A stretch of DNA of 64,000 nt, taken from Monocercomonoides exilis PA203 (taxonomy: Eukaryota > Protista > Preaxostyla). Where the stretch lies: NCBI GenBank assembly GCA_001643675.2, contig LSRY02000004.1:1550001-1614000 (forward strand). Reading direction: 5' to 3'. Shown here one piece after another: positions 1-11,270 of this stretch; the first letter of the stretch is position 1, and each line of letters starts with the position of its first letter. Both the position numbers and the translations under genes were made by a program. The notes below the pieces were generated by a model. That model did no database searches. It had not been told where the DNA came from and was given only the letters and a program-made list of their open reading frames with translations.

Positions 1-3000
1 TGATGTTTCTTCTTTTTTGATATCTTCTTCAACAAGTTCAAAAGCAAGCATTTTGTTCAAGCCTGAAATAATCGGAAATAGCAGAAATGCAATTCTCGAA
101 GCCACACACCAACTAGCCGTGATATTAATTTCGTTTCATATCCCTTCAGCATTTTCTTCAAATGTCGACTGCCTCATATTTGCATCAGACACCCAGCTCA
201 GAATCGCAAATAGTTCCTTCATCCAGAACGGAACAGATCCACTCTTGTTTGCGCTAATTCGGACATCTGGAGGGTCCGTTGAAGTGAACTCCTGCAATAT
301 TTCGGCGATAACTGCCAGATTTACTCCATTTGCCATTTCAGGTAACCTCTATCTTGCAGATGCGCAATTATCGCAACTAAAAGTACCAGAGTCCCTTAGA
401 GGAGGGGCACTTGACGTTTGCCTCTCAGAAGATAATGCTGTTTCGCTGAAGACAAGCGATCTTTCGTTTTGTGAATGCTCTCGAAATGAAGGAAAAGGAG
501 GATTTTTGTATCTGGACTGCACTCTGTCCGCTGCTTCTCAGCCTCTAAAAATTGATGCAATTACTGTTAGCAGTAATATGGCACATATTGGCAAAAACAT
601 TTTTTTGGAAAGCAAAAATTTAAATGAGAGTGTGACGCTGAATTCTTTTGCATTTGATTATTACAAAATAATGAATGATAGCAATGCCTTTGCTGGGCAC
701 GATTCAATTATTGGAGATGCTGATCTCTTCATGTTTGTTGTTGAGTACAGAAGCTCAAATATATATGTGGCACACACAGGCTTTGATGTGAGGAGATGCG
801 GAAGTAAATTTGAGCCATGCAAAACGGCTTGGGCTGGCATGCAGCATTTGACTGGAGAGAACCAATTCCTCCAGTTGCTCATCACCAAGGAAACTATAAT
901 TCAAGATGCTTATGACGTAAGCGGCTATATTTTGGAAGGATACTCACAAACATCCGAATTAACAAATCACACATTGTTTTTTTCGAAAAAAAATGAAGGT
1001 GAATCCGATCCGTTTCTTCTCAACTCTAGATATTTGACAATCAGAGATTTGCTTGTATTTGTTTCTTCGGATTTCGGAAACAGTAAAGGCGGAGTGATTA
1101 TGAACGAAAACGGAACCATCGAAGTTTTGCGGAGCGGCTTTTCTTCAGAAGCAACAATCGGAACTGAAAGTAATTGCTCATTTCTGTTGATGAAGCGAGG
1201 ATACCTCCGAGTGTCGCAATTTGTTGTGTCGTCGTGTAACGTTGGAAATAATATTTTTGCTGTTTCAAACAATAGCGAATGCACCTTTAATGAAATGACA
1301 ATATCGAACGTGAACATAACTGAAGCGTGCATATGTCTGGTTAATTACTCATCAGTGGCAAGCGTCAATGAGTTCGCTGCTGGAACAATAACTGTGGAAA
1401 ATTCTTCATTTACTAGCATTGCCAGAAGTGATAACGGCTCATGTATTATCGCATCTTCATCTGAAGGAGGAATTGTCAAGATCAGAAATTGTTCATTCAG
1501 AGAATGCAGGTCAAGAGATAGCGAAAGAGGTGGGATGGCATTTTTAAATCTTGGTGTAAATTCATCGTTCACATTTTTGTCGTCGTCGATAATTCAAAGC
1601 TTTTGCAGTGAAGAATATGGCAAAGGAGGAGGAACCTATCTTTTATTCGGCGAAGTTGGCGATCTGAATTTTCTTTTCCAAAACTCAACATTTAGTGGAA
1701 ATTCCGCGTTTATTGGGCGAGATATCTTTATTGAATGTTTTAGCCTTTCTTCTCAAATCAATGAAAGCCAGTTTAGATTGGATCTTCGGGAAAGTGAGTA
1801 TCACAGATCAAATGCCATTTACGGAATAGACAAGACAGACCATGCTTCAACACCTTTTGATTTAATGGAACTCATTACAATGTTCCAGAATGATCGTATT
1901 GTTGTTTCATCAAATTTTGAAGCAGGCGGAGATAATAGCAAACAATGTGGAAAGGTTAATTATCCTTGTTTGACAATCGATTATGGCCTGAAGCATGTGA
2001 CATATGATTTATTAACTCAAGTGCTAATAGATATTTCTTCGTCTCTTGAAGCAGAAATTACGCTCGATGGGATAAGTGTCATGTCTCTTTCAAAGAATAT
2101 TTGCGATGTGACAGTCAATCTTAGAAATAGGGGCAACTCAAGTTATGTCATCACAACAAATTTGCAAAGTTCCATTTCTGACATTAGATTTCTGTTAACC
2201 TCCTCTTTGTCCAATTTTTATTTCTCATTCATTTTTGTGGAGAACGGTTTTTTGAATATTAATAACTGTGCCCTTGCTCCAGTGTTGCATGACATCGCAA
2301 ATCAAAGAAATATCCCCGATAAGTTGTTGTTAAGTGCGCATATAATTGAGGTTGAAAATGGATTCTTGCTTGTTAATTTCTTGGAAATTAATAGTTTTTC
2401 TTGTTTGAAATCAGTAATCAGGCTTGGGAAATCCGAAAATAACGTAGCTTTAACGGGATTGTGCATTAATGATGTAGACATCTCCGATGCAAACGTTATC
2501 GATATTCATCAAACAAACGCTGGAGGCCAAAAAAATACTCCGATCGTAAATATAACTCTTTCGGCATTATTGCTCAAAAATATAGTCGTTTCAACTTCAA
2601 ATAACTGCAACATTATTTCGTGTTCCGATGTTCCTCAATTACATGTACAGAACTGTACAATAAGTAATTGTTCGATGCCAAATGGAGGTCACGTTATGAA
2701 ATATGAAAAATGTGAACACTTTTATTTGGATTCCTGTTTGATTGATGGTAGATATGAACGCAATAAAGCAAATAGCAATGAACGAGACAAAAACTATGCA
2801 TGCTACTGGAATGAATCGCTCATAAGTATTGCTAATTGTTCGGCAGAAATCAAGGACTCTTCTTTTTCAAACTCCATCAAAGGTGGACTAACAGTTTTGG
2901 GTAGTAATGTTACGATGATTGATGGGAAATTCGAAAATAATAATCCACAAATATTGTTATATCCTTCGATTCGCCGTAATATATTTTGCTCTAGAAATGG

Positions 3001-4807
3001 GGTGTTGAATATAGAAAGTCTAAAGGGAGGAGACGGATTGTTACATAACTCTTCTTTATGGATTCTAAATGAAGGATGCGAGCTTTTAGGAATGCCATCT
3101 GAACGCCAGTCTCCGTTTTTCATTCCAACTTTGGAAAAAGTCGAAAGTGAACGCATCGAAGAAGAAATCAGTTTTATAATGAAAGGAACACTTCTTCTTC
3201 CTTGCAACTTATCTTTTCAGATCATCACGACTGTTGACGACACAGACTTTATCGTGAACCATCAATTTTGTGATGATGGCTTTGTTTCAGAAGAAGAAGT
3301 GGATTGCACAATAGGCATATCGGAAATTCCAGTTATTCCCGAGCCAGCCAAGGTTTCTATTAGAATTCTTTTTGGCGATTTGCAGTTTCCAAAACACACC
3401 AATGCATTTATCTTGAAGAATGGAAGTGAGCTTCAGATGAATGGAGAAGAAAAAGTAGCAGAAGGAGGAAATAGTCAAGGATTATCATGGAGCACAATTG
3501 TTCTGATAGTGCTTCTATTTTTTGTGCTTGTGGTAGCAATTGCTTTTATTGTCCGTTGGAGAAAGCAAAAGAAAAGAACAGAAGAGCTGGAGGTAATTGT
3601 GGAAGACACAGTGAAGAAGGACCCAAAAGCATTTGAGATGGTAACGATGGAGATGTCTCCAGAAGATCAGTGGAGAAGAGCTGAGAGGGAAGCAGAGAAG
3701 AAGAATGAAGAGAGGATAAAGAAGAGAGTGAATGAGAAAAGCTTGGGACATTCGGAGTCATCAGAGCATCTTCTATCTGAGAGTGGCTCCACCGAATATA
3801 TTTTGGGGAGAGATTCAGACAAGATCCCAGAATGGGCATTGGAGAAAGTTGATGATGATGATGAAACAAGAAAGAGAACGCCATCGCCATCTATTTCATC
3901 CACTTCAACCACAGACACTTCAGACACAGAATCCACATTTGTTCGGAGAGAGGATCTGTGCCCAACCACTTCATCCATGTCGAATCTGGCGGATGCAATG
4001 GCATGTTCTTCTCCTCATGAGAAACTGATTGTGGATCTGAGAGATTCGCTGTTCATGCTGCTGCACGGAAGGAATGAGAAGAAAGAGATGGCAATTGGCA
4101 CGCTTCAGGAGAGAGAATATACAGCTGTCCAAATCCTGTTCTGGGTGGCCAACCTTGCTCTCCACTCATTTGATGAGATGGACAATCCTCTCTCTTCACT
4201 TGCCAATCTGAGTCCTCACATTGTGTTGTTCTCAGAACATATGGTCATCTGCGTTGTCATGCGCTCCGACTTCTCTTCTGATGATTCAGATTCATCATCT
4301 ATCTCTTCATCAACTGTTGTGACATCTGCAAGCGACGACGATGATGATGACTCTCTGCCCTCTTCAGCATTTGAGGATGAGGACGATTACAAAAAAGAGT
4401 GTCTGAGATGGAAAGCACCCGAGCTGCTGATCAACAAGAAGATGGGGGCAACAAAGGAATCTGTTGCCTTTTCAATTGGGATGATGCTGTGGGAGTGCTT
4501 GACGCTGAAGATCCCATTTGGGGAGTATGAGGCCGAGGTGGCGGGGCAGAAGATTGTGAATGGAGAGAGGCCAAACTTGGAAGCAATCAAGAAGCAAACG
4601 CTGAAAGCAATCATAAAAGGATGCATTGCAGGTGAAACAGCGGAGAGATATTCCATGTCTGCACTGAAGCGCGAATTCATCCAGCTCTTTCCGCCAGGAG
4701 CTGTGATGCTCACAATATCTGATGCAGTGGATTATGACGAACCGTCCGTTCAAGATCAAACGCAATACAGGACTGGCCCAGAAAGCCAAAGTATTACCAA
4801 TCCCTGA
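1..4807 (+). CDS. 3' part (5'-truncated by window) of giant single-pass membrane protein: beta-helix/Pmp-like Cys-rich ectodomain, TM helix, C-terminal kinase-like (pseudokinase) domain; left-arm copy
   Basis: Open frame to TGA at 4807. Contains GG[A/G]hh and G.D...CG....PC.T motifs, a hydrophobic TM (STIVLIVLLFFVLVVAIAFIV, ~3491-3553) followed by RWRKQKK, and kinase C-lobe motifs RWKAPE and FSIGMMLWECLTLKIPF. Reverse complement of 11271-16073. Confidence 0.85.
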   Translation, partial: DVSSFLISSSTSSKASILFKPEIIGNSRNAILEATHQLAVILISFHIPSAFSSNVDCLIFASDTQLRIANSSFIQNGTDPLLFALIRTSGGSVEVNSCNISAITARFTPFAISGNLYLADAQLSQLKVPESLRGGALDVCLSEDNAVSLKTSDLSFCECSRNEGKGGFLYLDCTLSAASQPLKIDAITVSSNMAHIGKNIFLESKNLNESVTLNSFAFDYYKIMNDSNAFAGHDSIIGDADLFMFVVEYRSSNIYVAHTGFDVRRCGSKFEPCKTAWAGMQHLTGENQFLQLLITKETIIQDAYDVSGYILEGYSQTSELTNHTLFFSKKNEGESDPFLLNSRYLTIRDLLVFVSSDFGNSKGGVIMNENGTIEVLRSGFSSEATIGTESNCSFLLMKRGYLRVSQFVVSSCNVGNNIFAVSNNSECTFNEMTISNVNITEACICLVNYSSVASVNEFAAGTITVENSSFTSIARSDNGSCIIASSSEGGIVKIRNCSFRECRSRDSERGGMAFLNLGVNSSFTFLSSSIIQSFCSEEYGKGGGTYLLFGEVGDLNFLFQNSTFSGNSAFIGRDIFIECFSLSSQINESQFRLDLRESEYHRSNAIYGIDKTDHASTPFDLMELITMFQNDRIVVSSNFEAGGDNSKQCGKVNYPCLTIDYGLKHVTYDLLTQVLIDISSSLEAEITLDGISVMSLSKNICDVTVNLRNRGNSSYVITTNLQSSISDIRFLLTSSLSNFYFSFIFVENGFLNINNCALAPVLHDIANQRNIPDKLLLSAHIIEVENGFLLVNFLEINSFSCLKSVIRLGKSENNVALTGLCINDVDISDANVIDIHQTNAGGQKNTPIVNITLSALLLKNIVVSTSNNCNIISCSDVPQLHVQNCTISNCSMPNGGHVMKYEKCEHFYLDSCLIDGRYERNKANSNERDKNYACYWNESLISIANCSAEIKDSSFSNSIKGGLTVLGSNVTMIDGKFENNNPQILLYPSIRRNIFCSRNGVLNIESLKGGDGLLHNSSLWILNEGCELLGMPSERQSPFFIPTLEKVESERIEEEISFIMKGTLLLPCNLSFQIITTVDDTDFIVNHQFCDDGFVSEEEVDCTIGISEIPVIPEPAKVSIRILFGDLQFPKHTNAFILKNGSELQMNGEEKVAEGGNSQGLSWSTIVLIVLLFFVLVVAIAFIVRWRKQKKRTEELEVIVEDTVKKDPKAFEMVTMEMSPEDQWRRAEREAEKKNEERIKKRVNEKSLGHSESSEHLLSESGSTEYILGRDSDKIPEWALEKVDDDDETRKRTPSPSISSTSTTDTSDTESTFVRREDLCPTTSSMSNLADAMACSSPHEKLIVDLRDSLFMLLHGRNEKKEMAIGTLQEREYTAVQILFWVANLALHSFDEMDNPLSSLANLSPHIVLFSEHMVICVVMRSDFSSDDSDSSSISSSTVVTSASDDDDDDSLPSSAFEDEDDYKKECLRWKAPELLINKKMGATKESVAFSIGMMLWECLTLKIPFGEYEAEVAGQKIVNGERPNLEAIKKQTLKAIIKGCIAGETAERYSMSALKREFIQLFPPGAVMLTISDAVDYDEPSVQDQTQYRTGPESQSITNP

Positions 4808-7800
4808 ATGGATACATACACATATTCCAGAAAGTTGTGCACTTCTTCTGATATCCTCACAGAATTTGCATCACCAACATGAACTATCGCAAAGGATAGA
4901 GCACGAAGCACGAAGGATGTTGAAGGCATTTTATTTCTTGCAAGATTTCCGTTTATCCTCTTTTCGCAATTATGCATTCTTCTTCTTTTGTTTTTTAATA
5001 TATTTTCATATCACCAGATTTTGTATTTGCCTTTTTCCGAAACATGCCGTTCGGCATCGAATGGACTGCCAGTTTGCTTAATCTCAGATTATTTCCCTTT
5101 TTCATTTGCATTCAAAACTTTAAAAATATTCATCAACTGATGCCGCAATACTGCCAGCAGGAAGACAACTGCAATCATACAAATAAATAATAAAGCAATA
5201 TGTTTCATGCCATGACATAGCGCACCGTCCAATGCAATTGTCTTTCCATCTCTATAAGAATGGCATGATGCAGAATACAAATCCCCATTGCCGTTCGTTC
5301 GATTGTCTGCTCCTTTGATCTAATTGCTTCAGAATACTCAATAATACGGTGGTAAGAAAAAAACTTTCGAGATGGCCTCTTTGTGGAAGATATCGTTATC
5401 TTTTCTCATCATCGAATTAAAAAAGCTCAAATCCTAAAGGGGCACCAAATAAAGAGAAGCTTGACGTAGAAATGCTCTGCACGGAAGAAGAAACAAAGTC
5501 CATTCTTTTTGCATTCGGCTGCACTTTCGAAACAATGGAGAAAAAAATTACTTGTTTCCATTTTGCATAAACGTATCGCATTGCCCTCTTCAGAAGCAAA
5601 TCCATTGCCATTTAATAGATTTTCATGCCCTCACTCAAGAATCTTGAGAATTTCGCTTCATTTTCCCTCCCCCTCAACTCCGCAAATGTTTCCTTTAGCA
5701 GTTCTTATCCCTCACAATTCCTTCTTCTCCTATTGTCCATTCTTTCGCAAAATCTTCAGTTCTCTCCTATTCCTGACCACTTTAGCCACAAATAGCATAG
5801 GTAATTCTTCTCTGAAAGACAAGACAAATCAAAACAAAATAAAGGCCTTCTCCTTTCTGTTTTGCTTTGTTAACTGAAATGAAAGCTACCTGTCGAAGCA
5901 TTGGAAAATGTCGAAAAGTCATCATTTGCGTGATAAATGCGCTAATATTTCTAATCCGCTTGGCAATTGAGAAGAGAAGGTAAATCCGGCGCAAGTGACT
6001 CCTGGAAAACACCACCAGTAAACTTCACATTATCTTCGCAAGTTTTTCATAGAAAACTGAAAAGAATAACAATTTATGCAAATAGAACGCTCAGATGCCA
6101 ACGAAGACGCAGAAAGCGAACCTGTAAATGATGGCAATGAATAATTTTTGCTGATGCCCTTGACTTCGTGTCTTTAATGAAGCGATTCAAAGCAAAAGCT
6201 GTGTGCTCGATTGAGCTCTTATCAACGAAAAAGAAGATACCCAACCACGAGGCAGCCGTGGACACGGAAAAAACAAAGAAATGACATTGCTGGAAAATAG
6301 TTAATTCTTGTATATCCCTTGGGTGAATAATGAATGCCAAAATACCTTTCTAAGGCTGAAAATAAGAGAAAATAAGCTGCACATGGCATAAATGCCGATT
6401 CTGTGAACTGATGATGTTGCCCGACAAATTTAGTTCTGAGCATTGCAACAAGCATCTGGAGCAAATTTTACTAACAAAAAAATCACAAATAAAAAGCCAG
6501 AACACGAATGGAAAATATGCGCACAAACCTCCTGAGCAAAAAATAATACACTGACCAACACACACCAAGTCTTTGAACGGAACGAAAAATAAAAAAAAGG
6601 TAGACAAGAAGAAAATAAAATAAAAAAGAAAATGATAAAGAAAACGAATAACAACAGCAATAATAACAAAAAATACCTTTTCAACAAAAAAATTGTTTGA
6701 AGCACGCCAAATGCAGTCAATTATCTTGCAGTGAATTCTGCTGGCACGGCAACGGATAAACAAAAATCAAATAATAAATGCAAAGAAGCAAAATCATGAA
6801 TTTTATTATTATTATGCAGATAAATAAATGTCTCCTTCTTTTTCCTGATGATTCCCCCAAAAACTCTTGCATTGCATTCCGCAAATATTCGTTGAACTTT
6901 TGCCCCTGCCAATGCAGATTGCATGAACAACGGATTCAATCCCGGAGCACAGCTACCATTTTCGAGGCCTGGGGCTCTTGCCACAAATTAGAACCTCTTC
7001 CAGAACATCAAATTCGAAAAAGAAAGAAAGGAAGGAAGGAAACATCCAATTTCTAATATGATCGCAAAAAGATGCATTTCGAACATATAGATCCGACACA
7101 TTTCGTGCATTAGCTGCCTGCAAATTATCCGGCTCCACCATGTTTGTATTATCTTCCTCTGCTTCCATCTTCGAAGCCTCCTTGAATTTTTGAGTCGGTC
7201 CATTCTGCTCCACCCTGCCTTAAAGTCGCTCAAATCGCTTTTCAGATTCAGTCCATTCAATATGATAATAAAAAAAAAATATCGCTGCATTCACGCCTTG
7301 TCTTCTGCAGACACGCTGAAACGCTCTCCATCACAGCTCCTGCCTCTCTGCTAAATCTGCTAAATCTGCTAAATCTGCCATACCGCTTTGCTTTCATTTC
7401 ATAAGTTTGACGTGGTGCTAAAAGTGGTTGCGCAAAAATAACTGCACGAAAAATGATGTTTTCAAGAATATACAAGCTCCGTGCAGCCATGCTTCGCGCA
7501 GCTCCAGCCTGCGCTCTTGCTCCGTAAAAATCAAGCGTTTTCATCTTGTCTCAATTCTTCACATCCTGTGCGTTCAAATCAGTTTGTGCTCTGACTGCTC
7601 TTTTGTCTCCTTGTTTCCTCAGCCGGCTGGCAGAGGGCAGCAAATCGCGCAAACCTCGTGGGTGCTTGCAGTGAGACATTGCGTGCATTCTGCTCGCATT
7701 GCCAGACCCAGAGCTTCGCACAAAAAGTGTTGAATCACAACAAAGCTATTCAAAATATCACTTGCCAACATTTCTTTTCAATAATGGAGCCTCAAAAAAT

Positions 7801-7851
7801 AAAATCATCGGAAGATGTTTTTTGTCTTCCATAGAAATACACGCTGATGCA
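1..7851. repeat. Left arm of giant inverted repeat (continues beyond the window start)
   Basis: Base 1 pairs with 16073. ORFs are mirrored throughout (e.g. 136-336/15738-15938, 5089-5280/10798-10989, 7257-7544/8536-8823). Confidence 0.97.
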
Positions 7852-8225
7852 CAGGTCTAAAAACTTATTTGTTAAAATCAGAATAAAAATATATTTTTTG
7901 TTATATATTTAAATTCATAATGTTATTCTTTTGGAATTTTTTAAAACACCATTTATATGAAATTATCAATTAAGCATTGCTCTTTGAGGTTCTTTGCTTT
8001 AATAAAGGGGAAAGGATTTAATTTTTTTTTTAAATTGTTTTAACTGAAAAAACCAAAAACAGTTTCAATATAATTTAAATATCAAAATTGAGAATAATTG
8101 AAAAGTGTCATCAAATGAAAGATATTCATTCGAACTAGAAAAAAATAATTTGAAATATCAGAAAAGCAAAATCACAAAATCAATTAGCTCATATTTTGTT
8201 TCAAATTTGACTCAAATTCCACACA
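7852..8225. other. Unique AT-rich spacer (loop) of the giant palindrome
   Basis: Arm complementarity decays from ~7810/8270 and ends near 7851/8226. The intervening ~370 bp is non-palindromic and very AT-rich. Confidence 0.85.
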
Positions 8226-8379
8226 TGCATCAACAAGTATATTTCTGTGAAAGACAAAAAATATCTGTTGATGATTTTATTTTTTGAGGCTCCATTATTG
8301 AAAAGAAATGTTGGCAAGTGATATTTTGAATAGCTTTGTTGTGATTCAACACTTTTTTTTGCGAAGCGCTGGGTCTGGC

Positions 8380-10990
8380 AATGCGAGCAGAATGCACGCA
8401 ATGTCTCACTGCAAGCACCCACGAGGTTTGCGCGATTTGCTGCCCTCTGCCAGCCGGCTGAGGAAACAAGGAGACAAAAGAGCAGTCAGAGCACAAACTG
8501 ATTTGAACGCACAGGATGTGAAGAATTGAGACAAGATGAAAACGCTTGATTTTTACGGAGCAAGAGCGCAGGCTGGAGCTGCGCGAAGCATGGCTGCACG
8601 GAGCTTGTATATTCTTGAAAACATCATTTTTCGTGCAGTTATTTTTGCGCAACCACTTTTAGCACCACGTCAAACTTATGAAATGAAAGCAAAGCGGTAT
8701 GGCAGATTTAGCAGATTTAGCAGATTTAGCAGAGAGGCAGGAGCTGTGATGGAGAGCGTTTCAGCGTGTCTGCAGAAGACAAGGCGTGAATGCAGCGATA
8801 TTTTTTTTTTATTATCATATTGAATGGACTGAATCTGAAAAGCGATTTGAGCGACTTTAAGGCAGGGTGGAGCAGAATGGACCGACTCAAAAATTCAAGG
8901 AGGCTTCGAAGATGGAAGCAGAGGAAGATAATACAAACATGGTGGAGCCGGATAATTTGCAGGCAGCTAATGCACGAAATGTGTCGGATCTATATGTTCG
9001 AAATGCATCTTTTTGCGATCATATTAGAAATTGGATGTTTCCTTCCTTCCTTTCTTTCTTTTTCGAATTTGATGTTCTGGAAGAGGTTCTAATTTGTGGC
9101 AAGAGCCCCAGGCCTCGAAAATGGTAGCTGTGCTCCGGGATTGAATCCGTTGTTCATGCAATCTGCATTGGCAGGGGCAAAAGTTCAACGAATATTTGCG
9201 GAATGCAATGCAAGAGTTTTTGGGGGAATCATCAGGAAAAAGAAGGAGACATTTATTTATCTGCATAATAATAATAAAATTCATGATTTTGCTTCTTTGC
9301 ATTTATTATTTGATTTTTGTTTATCCGTTGCCGTGCCAGCAGAATTCACTGCAAGATAATTGACTGCATTTGGCGTGCTTCAAACAATTTTTTGTTGAAA
9401 AGGTATTTTTGTTATTATTGCTGTTGTTATTCGTTTTCTTTATCATTTTCTTTTTTATTTTATTTTCTTCTTGTCTACCTTTTTTTTATTTTTCGTTCCG
9501 TTCAAAGACTTGGTGTGTGTTGGTCAGTGTATTATTTTTTGCTCAGGAGGTTTGTGCGCATATTTTCCATTCGTGTTCTGGCTTTTTATTTGTGATTTTT
9601 TTGTTAGTAAAATTTGCTCCAGATGCTTGTTGCAATGCTCAGAACTAAATTTGTCGGGCAACATCATCAGTTCACAGAATCGGCATTTATGCCATGTGCA
9701 GCTTATTTTCTCTTATTTTCAGCCTTAGAAAGGTATTTTGGCATTCATTATTCACCCAAGGGATATACAAGAATTAACTATTTTCCAGCAATGTCATTTC
9801 TTTGTTTTTTCCGTGTCCACGGCTGCCTCGTGGTTGGGTATCTTCTTTTTCGTTGATAAGAGCTCAATCGAGCACACAGCTTTTGCTTTGAATCGCTTCA
9901 TTAAAGACACGAAGTCAAGGGCATCAGCAAAAATTATTCATTGCCATCATTTACAGGTTCGCTTTCTGCGTCTTCGTTGGCATCTGAGCGTTCTATTTGC
10001 ATAAATTGTTATTCTTTTCAGTTTTCTATGAAAAACTTGCGAAGATAATGTGAAGTTTACTGGTGGTGTTTTCCAGGAGTCACTTGCGCCGGATTTACCT
10101 TCTCTTCTCAATTGCCAAGCGGATTAGAAATATTAGCGCATTTATCACGCAAATGATGACTTTTCGACATTTTCCAATGCTTCGACAGGTAGCTTTCATT
10201 TCAGTTAACAAAGCAAAACAGAAAGGAGAAGGCCTTTATTTTGTTTTGATTTGTCTTGTCTTTCAGAGAAGAATTACCTATGCTATTTGTGGCTAAAGTG
10301 GTCAGGAATAGGAGAGAACTGAAGATTTTGCGAAAGAATGGACAATAGGAGAAGAAGGAATTGTGAGGGATAAGAACTGCTAAAGGAAACATTTGCGGAG
10401 TTGAGGGGGAGGGAAAATGAAGCGAAATTCTCAAGATTCTTGAGTGAGGGCATGAAAATCTATTAAATGGCAATGGATTTGCTTCTGAAGAGGGCAATGC
10501 GATACGTTTATGCAAAATGGAAACAAGTAATTTTTTTCTCCATTGTTTCGAAAGTGCAGCCGAATGCAAAAAGAATGGACTTTGTTTCTTCTTCCGTGCA
10601 GAGCATTTCTACGTCAAGCTTCTCTTTATTTGGTGCCCCTTTAGGATTTGAGCTTTTTTAATTCGATGATGAGAAAAGATAACGATATCTTCCACAAAGA
10701 GGCCATCTCGAAAGTTTTTTTCTTACCACCGTATTATTGAGTATTCTGAAGCAATTAGATCAAAGGAGCAGACAATCGAACGAACGGCAATGGGGATTTG
10801 TATTCTGCATCATGCCATTCTTATAGAGATGGAAAGACAATTGCATTGGACGGTGCGCTATGTCATGGCATGAAACATATTGCTTTATTATTTATTTGTA
10901 TGATTGCAGTTGTCTTCCTGCTGGCAGTATTGCGGCATCAGTTGATGAATATTTTTAAAGTTTTGAATGCAAATGAAAAAGGGGAATAAT
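8380..10990 (+). pseudogene. Possible decayed or unknown intron-containing gene inside the palindrome arm (mirror copy at ~5090-7700, minus strand)
   Basis: Purine-rich exon-like blocks alternate with T-rich blocks ending in polypyrimidine-CAG (e.g. ~9722, ~10021, ~10266). The frames contain stops and no family was recognised. Confidence 0.25.
8702..8733 (+). repeat. Short tandem repeat (GCAGATTTA)x3.5; mirror copy at ~7347-7378
   Basis: Read directly: gcagattta gcagattta gcagattta gcaga. Confidence 0.9.
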
Positions 10991-11270
10991 CTGAGATTAA
11001 GCAAACTGGCAGTCCATTCGATGCCGAACGGCATGTTTCGGAAAAAGGCAAATACAAAATCTGGTGATATGAAAATATATTAAAAAACAAAAGAAGAAGA
11101 ATGCATAATTGCGAAAAGAGGATAAACGGAAATCTTGCAAGAAATAAAATGCCTTCAACATCCTTCGTGCTTCGTGCTCTATCCTTTGCGATAGTTCATG
11201 TTGGTGATGCAAATTCTGTGAGGATATCAGAAGAAGTGCACAACTTTCTGGAATATGTGTATGTATCCAT

